A stretch of DNA of 64,000 bases from Chloroflexota bacterium (GTDB lineage Bacteria; Chloroflexota; UBA11872; VXNJ01), in NCBI GenBank assembly GCA_965218195.1, contig OZ244593.1, forward strand, positions 436,873 to 500,872. The letters run 5' to 3'. The notes under the pieces are model-generated. The model had not been told where the DNA came from. It did not search any database and saw only the letters and a program-made list of their open reading frames with translations. Positions 37,997 through 47,753 of the stretch are shown here, one piece after another. The translations under genes were made by a program, and so were the position numbers. Positions within the stretch are counted from its first letter, which is position 1. Each line of letters begins with the position of its first letter.

Positions 37997-40900
37997 CTAC
38001 ACCGCCACCACCGTCTCGGTATCCCCGGCGGCGAGGGCGTTGAGGTAGGCGAGGATTAGGTCGCGGGTGCGGTAGCGGCCGAAGTCGGTTTCGTCTTCGC
38101 GGCGGACTATGGGGAAGGTGTTTAGCACGTAGCCGGCGTCGTCCCGGCTCAGGCCGTAGAGGTGGAAGTAGAGGGCGTCGAGCCTGGCGCGCAGGTGGCG
38201 GCGCTCCTCGTCGTCCCAGACGAACGGCGGACCGTCGTAGCCGAGGTCGCGGGCGAACGGCGCCATGTCGTGGGCGGTGTAGGTGAGCCGGAGCACGTGA
38301 TCGCGGACCAGCTCCCGCGCCGTCACCGCGCCGAAACGGCGGTCGTAGGCGTCGGGCGCGATGACCGGTAGCTGCTCGACGATGTACCAGTTAAGGGTTG
38401 TCCCCTGAATTTTCTGACGTACGACAAAATCTAAAGAAATGCTATTTAGGTTTGCTGCGATGCAACAGTGCATAGCGGCTTCAGTGGAGGCGGGTAGCAG
38501 GATGTTATTTGCGTTCACTTCGTAGGCCGTATATGGGCCGATTGCGGCGATCATAGTGCGAACGTTGGTCGGAGCCGTGATGCGTTTGTAGGTCAGGACA
38601 TATTCACTAGTTCCATCATTGGTCACATTAGTCTCATTCACGAAGTAACGGGTGCTGGGAAGCCACTGCGGGTCTTGGTGCTGTCCCAGCGTTGCCGATA
38701 CTTTTTGGCCGGGCCGATGCAGATTGTCAGGGTTCACTACCACGCTGGCGGCGCGGTGATCGAACGCCTGCACCATCTTGCCCTCGTACAGAGGCAAATA
38801 CATTTCGTTGCCTCGCTTCCAGTGGTTGCCCTGGACCGGGTAGAAGCCTTCGTCCTCAAGCTGCGGTGCGGTGCGGAAGAGGTGCGAGTCGTTGGTCATG
38901 TCGAACATGCGCACGTACTTGACCGGCCAGGCGCGGCGCTCTGCATCGCCCGACCGGTCCACCAGCACCGGATGTTGCTCGTAGATGCGACGGGTGATGT
39001 CAGCGTCGCGGCGGGTGCGGAAGATCGGGGCGGTCCCGGTGTTGGGGTTTACGCGGGCGAAGTCGTCCGGCGCCAGCGCAAAGCAGCGGTCGGGGTCATT
39101 GATGGTCTCGGTGTCGTGGAGGAAGAAGGCGCATTCGGTCTCGTCGAAGCGCCGCTGCTCGCCGCCGAAGATGAAAGCGCAGAACTTTTCGGAGGCGTGT
39201 ACGTCCTTGAAGAAAATCTTCTTGTTCTCGAAATCGAACAGGCCGGACACGCGGCCCTTTGTGGAGACGGACTTGAAGAAGCGGGCGGCGGTCTTGTCGG
39301 CGTAGATGCCGGACTTCGTGAGCAGGCCCACGAAGCCGTCGGGCTTTATGAGGCTCATGGCGCGCTCGACGAACAGCGAGTAGAGGTTGATATCGCCTTT
39401 ACCGAGAAGGGGGTATTGTCCAGATGCGCGAACGAACCGGCCGAGCTTGTCCGCCCGCGCCTTGGCGGCGTCGAACTCGGCCGCGAGCGGCGCTCCCTGT
39501 TCCCGCAGTCGCTGAATGCCCGCCCTTCTCGCGGCGGCGGTCGGCGCTCGCGCCAGCTCCGGGTCGCGGGTCGCCAACCACTCAACCTCTTGCAGCTTGA
39601 TCTTTTCCCACGGCGGATTGCCGATCACGGCGTCGAATCCGCCCTCCGGACGGTAGTCCTGCCAGCCGCTCCACACGCCCGGAAAGGCGGCCTCCCAGTG
39701 CAGAAAGCTCTCGCGGCGGGCGACTGACATGGCGTCTTTCCACAGGTCGTTGAAGGCGGATAAGGAGTGGGTTTGGGGGACACCCTCACCCCTACCCTCT
39801 CCCTTCGAGGGAGAGGGATTAGAGGCGTCGGGTCCGCGTGCGAGGAGCTTGTATGCGACCTCCGGCTGCCGGCCGAGGGCCTCACTCGCCAGTCCCTCGC
39901 GGGCCATCCGGTCCAGTCTCTTCATCCCCGCGGTATGCCAGCGCAGGCCGCAGAGGAAGTCGAGCACACCGCGCAGGTCGGCGGTGGCTTCCTCGACGTT
40001 GCGGAACAGCGCGGCCGACTCGCGCACCTCGGCCACGTCCGCGTCGGACATCCCTTCGATGAGCTGCATCCCGTCGGCGGCGGTTTCGACGCCCGCAACG
40101 GCGCTCGCGGTGAGCAGCCCTCCGAGCTTGCGCAGGTCTTCGCGCGCGTCTGTAACCCGCAGCCCGATCAGCGAGTCGCCGCGGCGCAGGTGGTGGTCGA
40201 GAAACGAGAGCGGCGCACCGACGGTGAAGCTGTGCAGCCACAGTGAGACTTTGGCCAGCTCGACGGTGAGCGGGTTCTTGTCCACGCCGTAGATGCAGCG
40301 CTTGAGCACCATGCGCCGGATGATGGCCTGGTCGGTAAGCTGGGCCTCGTCCAGAATCCACTTCGATTCTTCGGCCCTGCGCAGGATCTCGTCGCGGATC
40401 GAGGCTATGCGGTCCACCAGCGGCGATGCGTATTCGCCGTCGAGCCACTCGGGGTATACCGGCGCGTACTCGACCAGGCGGGCGATGTCGTCGGACAGAT
40501 AGTCAACCGCCGTTACCAGAAAGTGGCCGCTGCCCATGGCCGGGTCGAGTATCTTGAGATCGAGCACCGCCTCGGCCGGGTCCAGCTTGCGCAGCTCAGC
40601 CTTGCGTTCGGACTTGGGGCGGCGGTCGCTCTTCAGCTCGTTCGACTTGCGCTTGAACGTGTCGAGGCGCTCGTCGATCAGCGGCTTCAGCGTGCGGTCT
40701 ACGATCAGGTCGACCAGCTCCTGCGGCGTGTAGAAGCTGCCGCTGTCCTTGCGCGCATAGGGATTGGGGCGGATTACGATCTTGCCGCCGTCGCCGAGGA
40801 CCGGCTCGCGTTCGAGCAGGCGCTCGTAGATCGAGCCGAGCTGCTGGACGGACATGTCGCGGTAGTTGACGAACTGGCGCTCGCCGTCGGTCTCCGTGTG

Positions 40901-42040
40901 GCTCAGGTCGTGGATTATCGGGGCGACCGCCGCGTCGGGCAGGCGCACGGCTTCCAGCAAGGGAGCGGCTTCGGCGGCGAAAAGTCCGCCGTTGTAGGGC
41001 GGCAGACCGATGGAGGCGTCGCCCCGGTCGATGATCTTGCAGAGCGTCATAACGTGGTCGTAATAGCTGGCGGCGACGTTCGAAAACGTGTCGCCCCTGT
41101 CCGTGCGGTCGGCGACATCCAATCGCACCCGCTTCTGCAGCCCGTAGTCGTCGTAGCGGGTGTCGTTTACGGGCAGCAGGCCGCGGTCCTCGGCGTAGAG
41201 CACGAACAGCAACCGGTAGAGGAGCACCAACGCCGCCTGGCGGACCTGGGCGAGGTCGCGGCCGCCGGCGGCCGCCAGCGCCTGCGCGAGGCTGGGAAAG
41301 GCGCGCTCGAACACGACGCGAGAGAGGTCCTGCGCGACCTGCCGCTCGTAGCGCCGCCCCTCCTCCAGCGCGCGCTCCAGGAAAGTCTCCGTGGCGCCGG
41401 CCCGCTTGACGAAGGAGTCGCGGCGGAACAACAGGTTGAACGTGCGCAGCTCGTCTTGGTCGTCGCGCTGGAGGGCATCGGCGAGATCGACCTCGAAGTA
41501 GCCGGTTGCGCGGGGACGGGCCCGCCGGTCGTAGAGACGCCATGTGCCGCCGTTGGTGAGGATTCCCCAGCGGGCGCCGCCGTCGGCAACGTATTCCGCC
41601 GTCGAAAGGTAGCGCAGGATCTGGCCGTGCGGCGTCCTTGCCCTGACCACGTCGTCCTCGTCGCGGGCGTCGAGCGGCAGGCCGAACCGCTTGCTCTCCT
41701 CTACTGCCAGCGCGTCGGCGTAGCGTCGATCCGGGTCGCGTCTGGCCGCGGCGCGGGCCTTGGAGTCCGCGTCGGCGAACAGCAGCAGATCGGGGATGTC
41801 CTCGTTGCGGGCCGCGCCCTGCTGCGGCAGGTAGTCGGTCCATCCAAGCAGCTCCAGCACCGGGCGGATTAGCTCCTGCTCGGTTACGGCCTCGTTGGGG
41901 TCGTGGGACTGCTCGAGGGCGTCGTAGCTCCGCCGGACGCCGTTGCGAAACGCCTCCGCGTTTGCGGCGGAAGAGTGCCACCTGGTCGTGGATCTGATGC
42001 CCTCGGTCAGGTAGTACTGGGTGAATAGCTGGCCGGACAT
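37997..42040 (-). CDS. Type IIG/IIL restriction-modification enzyme (fused PD-ExK endonuclease, gamma-class N6-adenine methyltransferase and TRD; Eco57I/MmeI-like)
   Basis: N-terminal 'IPDLLLF...AVEESKRFG' PD-ExK; MTase motif X/I 'GSFYTPQELVDLIV', 'LDPAMGSGHFLV'; motif IV 'VIGNPPWEKIK'; about 450-aa C-terminal region with GC dip (TRD). Confidence 0.7.
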   Translation of the reverse strand: MSGQLFTQYYLTEGIRSTTRWHSSAANAEAFRNGVRRSYDALEQSHDPNEAVTEQELIRPVLELLGWTDYLPQQGAARNEDIPDLLLFADADSKARAAARRDPDRRYADALAVEESKRFGLPLDARDEDDVVRARTPHGQILRYLSTAEYVADGGARWGILTNGGTWRLYDRRARPRATGYFEVDLADALQRDDQDELRTFNLLFRRDSFVKRAGATETFLERALEEGRRYERQVAQDLSRVVFERAFPSLAQALAAAGGRDLAQVRQAALVLLYRLLFVLYAEDRGLLPVNDTRYDDYGLQKRVRLDVADRTDRGDTFSNVAASYYDHVMTLCKIIDRGDASIGLPPYNGGLFAAEAAPLLEAVRLPDAAVAPIIHDLSHTETDGERQFVNYRDMSVQQLGSIYERLLEREPVLGDGGKIVIRPNPYARKDSGSFYTPQELVDLIVDRTLKPLIDERLDTFKRKSNELKSDRRPKSERKAELRKLDPAEAVLDLKILDPAMGSGHFLVTAVDYLSDDIARLVEYAPVYPEWLDGEYASPLVDRIASIRDEILRRAEESKWILDEAQLTDQAIIRRMVLKRCIYGVDKNPLTVELAKVSLWLHSFTVGAPLSFLDHHLRRGDSLIGLRVTDAREDLRKLGGLLTASAVAGVETAADGMQLIEGMSDADVAEVRESAALFRNVEEATADLRGVLDFLCGLRWHTAGMKRLDRMAREGLASEALGRQPEVAYKLLARGPDASNPSPSKGEGRGEGVPQTHSLSAFNDLWKDAMSVARRESFLHWEAAFPGVWSGWQDYRPEGGFDAVIGNPPWEKIKLQEVEWLATRDPELARAPTAAARRAGIQRLREQGAPLAAEFDAAKARADKLGRFVRASGQYPLLGKGDINLYSLFVERAMSLIKPDGFVGLLTKSGIYADKTAARFFKSVSTKGRVSGLFDFENKKIFFKDVHASEKFCAFIFGGEQRRFDETECAFFLHDTETINDPDRCFALAPDDFARVNPNTGTAPIFRTRRDADITRRIYEQHPVLVDRSGDAERRAWPVKYVRMFDMTNDSHLFRTAPQLEDEGFYPVQGNHWKRGNEMYLPLYEGKMVQAFDHRAASVVVNPDNLHRPGQKVSATLGQHQDPQWLPSTRYFVNETNVTNDGTSEYVLTYKRITAPTNVRTMIAAIGPYTAYEVNANNILLPASTEAAMHCCIAANLNSISLDFVVRQKIQGTTLNWYIVEQLPVIAPDAYDRRFGAVTARELVRDHVLRLTYTAHDMAPFARDLGYDGPPFVWDDEERRHLRARLDALYFHLYGLSRDDAGYVLNTFPIVRREDETDFGRYRTRDLILAYLNALAAGDTETVVAV

Positions 42041-42103
42041 GTCAACGCCTCGCGTCGAAGACCGTGTAAGCCCTGGCGATGCCGCCCTGGTGGTTGAAAA
42101 ACA

Positions 42104-42490
42104 TCAGAATTCGCCGATAGGTCTTACGTTTTCCTCAAGCCACGAGCGTAACTGAGCGAACCGGAACGAGTGCGTTTCGAACAGCCGCATGAAGAACTCG
42201 TAGGCTTCACGGTCGTCGCAATTGATGAAGTGGCCGTTCATGTCGAGGAAGACTTCGGTGGTAGCGAAGGCGACCCGCTTGTTGCCGTCCACAAAGGGAT
42301 GGTTCATGGCGAGGCTCTCCAGGAGCGCGGCGGCCTCCTCGATCAAGCCATCGTAGTACCCAAGCTGCGGGCGCATGAGCGCCGATTCCAGCGCACCGGC
42401 GTCACGGAGTCCCGTGGAGCCGCCGAACTCGGCGATCTGGGCAGCGTGGATGGCTAGGACTTCCTCGATCGTGGGGAAGTCGTGGGTCAC
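42104..42490 (-). CDS. doc: Doc/Fic-family toxin (death-on-curing)
   Basis: 128 aa; 'HPFVDGNKRVAFATT' Fic-like motif of the Doc family. Confidence 0.8.
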   Translation of the reverse strand: MTHDFPTIEEVLAIHAAQIAEFGGSTGLRDAGALESALMRPQLGYYDGLIEEAAALLESLAMNHPFVDGNKRVAFATTEVFLDMNGHFINCDDREAYEFFMRLFETHSFRFAQLRSWLEENVRPIGEF

Positions 42491-42714
42491 TTAGATAACA
42501 ACTCGTAGAGGAGGCGGTGTCGCTCGACGCTGGCCCGGTAGCGCGCCATCACCTCGGGACGGACCCGTTCCCGCTCCCTGCTTTCGATGTAGGTCTGCAT
42601 CGCGTCTTCCAGAACCGCCTGGAAGTGACGGCCTTCCTTGCGGGCGATCTCGCGCATCGCCGAAAGCAGCTCTGGGGCGGCCTGGCTGGAAAACTTCTCT
42701 CGCAGTGTATTCAT
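42487..42714 (-). CDS. antitoxin, ribbon-helix-helix/Phd-like (about 75 aa)
   Basis: short helical protein 4-nt-overlapping doc; GGAGG SD; the annotated 180-aa ORF is an upstream over-extension. Confidence 0.55.
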   Translation of the reverse strand: MNTLREKFSSQAAPELLSAMREIARKEGRHFQAVLEDAMQTYIESRERERVRPEVMARYRASVERHRLLYELLSK

Positions 42715-43337
42715 TAAATAGTGCCTCCAGACGATTTTTCTAAAATGTACATATGCGTTTGGTCTTTTGATACCGCCGGGAAGCAACGTCCTTCCCTGCG
42801 AGCAATTTCGGTGGTTACCCTCCCTCATTGTCGTCAAACGGTATTTCCCAGTGTCGGGCAATGTAGCAGTGTTGTCAAGAAGCATCTTGACAGAGATGGA
42901 CGACCTTGGGATCAGGCCGCCAACTCCAGGTTCAGTTCTTCGAGGAGTTGGGACAGGTCCTCGCCGAAGAGGGTGTAGGCCTTGGGCGAGGCCGTGCGCG
43001 TTGATCGTAGAGACGCCACACATCCCCATTGGTCGGGATTCCCCAGCGAATCCGTCGATCGGTCCTTATGCGAGATCGAGGTTATAAGAGGTTATGCAGC
43101 CCCTACGCGATCGTGCGTCTGCCCGAATAGTCGGGGGGCCGCAAACCGCGCTTACTCCTCAGTCATGAGGTGAGGGTGTGTCTACGGGATGATTCCCTTC
43201 TAAATGGACGGCTATTGCCGCTCACGGTACGATGGGTGGCCCTACCGATACCGGTAGGACTACTACCCCTATCGCTTCGGCGGCAGGGTCGAGGCCGCCT
43301 TCCGAGGCGGTCTCTGTCTTTATGAGGGGAGTATCGA

Positions 43338-43967
43338 TTGATCACTAACTTCTATGTCGATGGCTTCAACCTCTACTACCGCGCCGTCCGAGGCACGCGG
43401 TGCAAGTGGCTGGATCTGCGGAAGCTCGCCGAGACCCTCTTTCCCCAGGACTCTATCAATCGGGTCTGCTACTTCACCGCCCTTCTCCGTCCGCGCTCCA
43501 ACGACCCCACCCAACCTCAACGGCAACAGACTTACCTGAGGGCCCTGGCGACTTTGCCCAGCTTCGAAGTCTACTTTGGCGCCTTTCGGCCTAGGACCAA
43601 GCTTCGTCCGCTGGCACAGCCAGTTCCAGGGCTGCCAACCCATGTGCTGGTGAAGGACTCGGAGGAGAAAGGATCCGACGTGAACCTGGCTACACGTCTC
43701 CTCGTCGATGGCTTTAGCCGAGAGTACGAACAGGCGGTCGTCATTTCCAACGACGCCGACTTTGCTGGCGCGATGCGGTACGTGCGGGACGATCTGGGCC
43801 TTCGCGTCACGCTGGTAAATCCCGACTACAGAAACCCGAGCCCTAAGGACTTGGCCAACGCTGCGACTTACGTTAAGCGTTTATGGAAGAGTCATCTGAG
43901 ACGGAGCCAGTTCCCCCACACGATGGAGGACGCGATTGGCGCCATCACCAAACCGCCCAGTTGGTGA
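43338..43967 (+). CDS. NYN domain (PIN-like nuclease) protein
   Basis: 'NFYVDGFNLYY', 'EKGSDVNLA' acidic residues typical of NYN/LabA domains. Confidence 0.65.
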   Translation: MITNFYVDGFNLYYRAVRGTRCKWLDLRKLAETLFPQDSINRVCYFTALLRPRSNDPTQPQRQQTYLRALATLPSFEVYFGAFRPRTKLRPLAQPVPGLPTHVLVKDSEEKGSDVNLATRLLVDGFSREYEQAVVISNDADFAGAMRYVRDDLGLRVTLVNPDYRNPSPKDLANAATYVKRLWKSHLRRSQFPHTMEDAIGAITKPPSW

Positions 43968-44044
43968 AGGCTAGACCGGCTGGACGACCGTTTGATGGTG
44001 ACGATTGACTCGCCGCGCGACCGCAAGCCCGTCGAGCCGGCTGC

Positions 44045-45691
44045 TTGTCGTCGAGCCGACCGCCTAGTACATTTTCCGACCGGCCCGTTTGGCGTGCGCC
44101 GGCCGCGTCGAAGCTGGGAGGCAGCATGACGGATCGCAGATCGCTCGTTCCCGCGTACAAGTTTCCGACCACGCTGGACGCGCAGGAGGCCGCGCTGGCG
44201 ACGAACCCGCTGATGCGGCGGCTGATCGAATATCGTAAGTCATACGCGGGCGACCGATTCCGCCCGGCCTATCACTACGTCAACCCGGAATCGGTCCTCA
44301 ACGACCCGAACGGGCTCTGCCGCTGGCAAGGGCGCTGGCATCTGTTCTACCAGGGCTATCCGCCGGAGGAATCACGGTGGCACTGGGGCCACGCGGTCTC
44401 CGACGACCTGGTGCACTGGCGCGACCTGCCGTATGCCATCTATCCCGATCCCGAGCACAGTTGCTACTCCGGGGCGACGCTGGTCGAAGACGACCGCGTG
44501 ATTGCCATCTATCACGGGACCCAGGTTGGAAACATGGTGGCGGTGTCGAGCGACCCGCTGCTGTTGAACTGGGAGAAGGTCGCCGACAAGGCGGTCATTC
44601 CGATCGCCGCGCCGGACGGGTCGGCTTTGCCGTATAACGTGTTCGACCCGTGCATTTGGAGCAAGGACAGTGTCTACTACTCCCTTTCAGCAGGGACCAA
44701 GCCGGAAGGTCCCGCGGGCTGGCCCGTGCGGGCCAACTACCTGTTTCGCTCTAGCGATTTGGAGCATTGGGAATACATGCACCCGTTTGTCGAGGACGAT
44801 CGTTTCACCCTGGTAGGTGACGACGGCGCCTGCCCGTATTTCTGGCCTATCGGCGATCGCCACATTCTGCTGTTTTTCAGTCACATGAGCGGCGGCCAGT
44901 ACCTGCTGGGCGACTACGACACCGACCGCGACAAGTTTGTGGTAACGCATGGCGCGAAGTTCAATTTCGGCGCAGCCACGCCGAGCGGGGTTCACGCACC
45001 GTCGGCCACGCCGGACGGCGAGGGCGGATTGATTGCGATCTTCAACATGAACCCGGGCAAGCCTACGCACGACTGGAACCAGTTGATGACGCTGCCGCGG
45101 CGGCTTACGGTCGACGGCGACGATTTGACGATCGAGCCCGTCGAGGCGCTGACGTCGCTCCGTCAAAATGGGCGGCGCGTTGGGCCGTTGGAGCTTCCGG
45201 CGAACCGGGAAGTGGTGCTGGACGACGTGTCAGGCGACGCGCTGGAATTGGCGGCCGAGATCGATCTGCAAGCCGCCCCGATGGTGGAGATCAACGTGTT
45301 GCGCTCGCCTGAACGAGAAGAGTTGACGCGCATTTCGTTCTACAAAGAGCGGGGATTCCCCGCAGCACGCTGGATGCAAGGCGGCGTCTTTGGGCCCGGG
45401 GTCCGGGAAAGCCTCGTTTCGATAGATACGTCTTACTCGTCGACGGCCGCTGACGCGCTCTCGCGTCCCCCTGAGACAGCGCCGTTCTCGCTGGCCGAGG
45501 ACGAGCCGTTGCGGTTGCGCGTGTTTGTAGACCACAGCGTGTTAGAGGTCTTTGTTAATGGCCAGCAGGCGCTGGCGGTTCGTGTCTTCCCGGACCGCGA
45601 CGACAGCCTGGGTGTATCGCTGCGGTCGCAGGGCGCGCCGAGCGTGGTGCGATCGCTCGATGCCTGGACGATGGCGTCGATCTGGGGTTAG
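44045..45691 (+). CDS. glycoside hydrolase family 32-like (beta-fructofuranosidase/levanase type)
   Basis: 'LNDPNGLCRWQGRWHLFYQGYP' (NDPNG), 'FDPCIW' (RDP-like), 'ACPYFW' (EC-like); alternative start 44126. Confidence 0.65.
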   Translation: MSSSRPPSTFSDRPVWRAPAASKLGGSMTDRRSLVPAYKFPTTLDAQEAALATNPLMRRLIEYRKSYAGDRFRPAYHYVNPESVLNDPNGLCRWQGRWHLFYQGYPPEESRWHWGHAVSDDLVHWRDLPYAIYPDPEHSCYSGATLVEDDRVIAIYHGTQVGNMVAVSSDPLLLNWEKVADKAVIPIAAPDGSALPYNVFDPCIWSKDSVYYSLSAGTKPEGPAGWPVRANYLFRSSDLEHWEYMHPFVEDDRFTLVGDDGACPYFWPIGDRHILLFFSHMSGGQYLLGDYDTDRDKFVVTHGAKFNFGAATPSGVHAPSATPDGEGGLIAIFNMNPGKPTHDWNQLMTLPRRLTVDGDDLTIEPVEALTSLRQNGRRVGPLELPANREVVLDDVSGDALELAAEIDLQAAPMVEINVLRSPEREELTRISFYKERGFPAARWMQGGVFGPGVRESLVSIDTSYSSTAADALSRPPETAPFSLAEDEPLRLRVFVDHSVLEVFVNGQQALAVRVFPDRDDSLGVSLRSQGAPSVVRSLDAWTMASIWG

Positions 45692-45742
45692 GCGCGCCGC
45701 ACCGTTCGCCGCTGAACGGCCGCGAAGAAGATGTGTCCCTGG

Positions 45743-45770
45743 TAGGGGCGGTTCGCGAACCGCCCCTACG
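45743..45770. repeat. REP-like palindrome, copy 4 (full 28-bp GTAGGGGCGGTTCGCGAACCGCCCCTAC)
   Basis: perfect 28-bp palindrome just downstream of GH32 gene. Confidence 0.8.
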
Positions 45771-45817
45771 TGATCTTGCGCCTGCCTGAATAGTGGGGAG
45801 CCGCGGTCGCCGTGGAC

Positions 45818-46645
45818 TCAGCGCGCGGTCGACCGCCATGAGTTGACGACCACCGGCTTGCCTGTTTCGGGATGGTCGATGATGGTGGTCTCCGCGCCGT
45901 AGGCCCGCCGGATGTTGCCGGACGTCAGCACCTGCCGGACGGGCCCGGCAGCCAGGCAGCGGCCCTGGTGTATCAAGGCGACCTTGTCGGCGAACTGCGC
46001 CGCGAGCGTGAGATCGTGGACGGCGGTGACGACGGTCTTGCCCAAAGCCACCAGCTCACGCAGCAGCGACATGATCGCCGACTGATAGGCCAGGTCGAGG
46101 TTTGCGGTCGGCTCGTCGAGCAGGATCACCGGGGTCTCCTGCGCAAGCGCCATTGCGACCGCCACGCGCTGCCGCTCGCCCCCCGACAGTTGGTCGATGG
46201 ACCTGTCGAGCAGGTCTTCGGCGGAGGTCATTCGCATCGCGTTAACCGCGGCGTTAACGTCTGACTCGCGCTCCCACGACAGCAGACCGATGTGAGGGTT
46301 GCGGCCCAGCAGCACGACTTCCAGCGCCGCGGCGCCGGGGGGCAGCTCGGGATTCTGGGGCACCATCGCCACAAGCCGGGCGCGCTCCCTGGCCGGGAGC
46401 GCCGGAACGTCGGCGCCCAGCACCTCGATAGTTCCGCTGGCCGGCCTGAGAACCCCGGCAATCAGCTTGAGCAGGGTCGACTTGCCAGCGCCGTTGGGTC
46501 CCGCGAGCGCGAGCAGGTTTCCCGGTCCGACGCTGATGTTCACCCCCTCCAGCACGGGCCGGTCGCCATAGGCGAAGCGAACGTCCGCCACGGTTATGCC
46601 GGGGACGGCGGCGTTTTGGAGTCCGTTCGCGGTGGGCATATTCAT
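45818..46645 (-). CDS. ABC transporter ATP-binding protein (FecE/BtuD-like)
   Basis: Walker A 'GPNGAGKST', 'LSGGERQRV', 'LLDEPT'; start set at ATG 46645 (ATGA overlap with permease stop). Confidence 0.8.
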   Translation of the reverse strand: MNMPTANGLQNAAVPGITVADVRFAYGDRPVLEGVNISVGPGNLLALAGPNGAGKSTLLKLIAGVLRPASGTIEVLGADVPALPARERARLVAMVPQNPELPPGAAALEVVLLGRNPHIGLLSWERESDVNAAVNAMRMTSAEDLLDRSIDQLSGGERQRVAVAMALAQETPVILLDEPTANLDLAYQSAIMSLLRELVALGKTVVTAVHDLTLAAQFADKVALIHQGRCLAAGPVRQVLTSGNIRRAYGAETTIIDHPETGKPVVVNSWRSTAR

Positions 46646-47742
46646 ACTGATCTCACGCGTCTGCGTCTGAGGATGTACAGAAAGAACGGAGCTCCGCAGA
46701 AGGCCGTCACCACCCCCACGGGCAACTCGGCGGGGCTTGCTATCGTTCGCGCCACCATGTCTGCCAGAACCAGAAACGCGGCCCCCACGAGCGCCGACAT
46801 GGGCAGGATGAACCGGTAGTCCTCTCCCCATATTCGCCTTACGACGTGCGGCGCGATCAGTCCGACGAATCCGATTATCCCATTGAACGAAACGGCTGCC
46901 GCCGTCGCCAGCGTGGCCGCGCCCACCAGCAGAAGCTTGACCTTCTCCACGTCGACGCCGAGCACCGAGGCGTGCTCCTCACTTAGCTGCAAGACGTTCA
47001 ACAATCTTGCGAACCCAAGGATGACGCCCAGGCTGGGGGCCAGATACAGGATCAGAACGGCGCTTTCGCTCCACTCCGCCGATATGAAGCTGCCCAATAG
47101 CCAGCTAAGGACGGGCCGCAGATCCGGGTCGCTCCTGATGAGCAGCAGACTCGACACCGATCCGGCCAGAGCCGAGATCGCCACCCCGGCGAGAATGAGC
47201 GTGGTCAACGGCGTGCCGTAGGAACTTCGGGCAATCGTGTAGGCGATGGCGACGGCCACGGTCGCGCCCGCGAACGATGCGACCGGCAGCAAGCTCAGCC
47301 CTCCGATTACCACCGGAATTCCGGTCAGGAGCACGATCGTGGCCCCCAATCCGGCGCCCGAAGCCACTCCGACCAGATAGGGGTCGGCCAGCGGGTTCTT
47401 GAACAGCCCCTGATATGCGGCGCCGGAAATCGCGAGCGCGGCGCCCACGATCGCGGCGAGCGCGATCCTCGGAAACCGAAGCTGCCACAGGATGGTGTCC
47501 CACGTCTCCGGCAGGTCGGAAGGCGAACCCAAGACCGGAAATCGGGATAGCAGTATCTCGATCACGGCCCGGAACGGGATGTCCACCGATCCCTGGCTCG
47601 CCGCGAACAGCGCCGCCGCGGCAACGACGACGGCCCCGGCCGCCAGCCGCCGCCACGGATACCGAAGGCCGACCAGGCGCGCCGTCACCGCCGGATTGAG
47701 GCGTTGCGCCCCGGTCAATGACCGGCTGATCTGTTTTGCCAT
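46642..47742 (-). CDS. FecCD-family ABC permease (BtuC-like)
   Basis: 366 aa, about 9 TM segments, Gly-rich FecCD signature. Confidence 0.85.
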   Translation of the reverse strand: MAKQISRSLTGAQRLNPAVTARLVGLRYPWRRLAAGAVVVAAAALFAASQGSVDIPFRAVIEILLSRFPVLGSPSDLPETWDTILWQLRFPRIALAAIVGAALAISGAAYQGLFKNPLADPYLVGVASGAGLGATIVLLTGIPVVIGGLSLLPVASFAGATVAVAIAYTIARSSYGTPLTTLILAGVAISALAGSVSSLLLIRSDPDLRPVLSWLLGSFISAEWSESAVLILYLAPSLGVILGFARLLNVLQLSEEHASVLGVDVEKVKLLLVGAATLATAAAVSFNGIIGFVGLIAPHVVRRIWGEDYRFILPMSALVGAAFLVLADMVARTIASPAELPVGVVTAFCGAPFFLYILRRRRVRSV

Positions 47743-47753
47743 CGCGGGATGTC

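Noticed and set aside
40596-41981. 461-aa Arg/Pro/Gly-rich ORF on the minus strand inside the RM gene (alternative frame), and 38675..39727 / 40523..41872 plus-strand ORFs
   Set aside because: These overlap the 1347-aa RM ORF, which carries clear MTase and nuclease motifs. Their low-complexity RPRG composition is typical of off-frame GC-rich translation.
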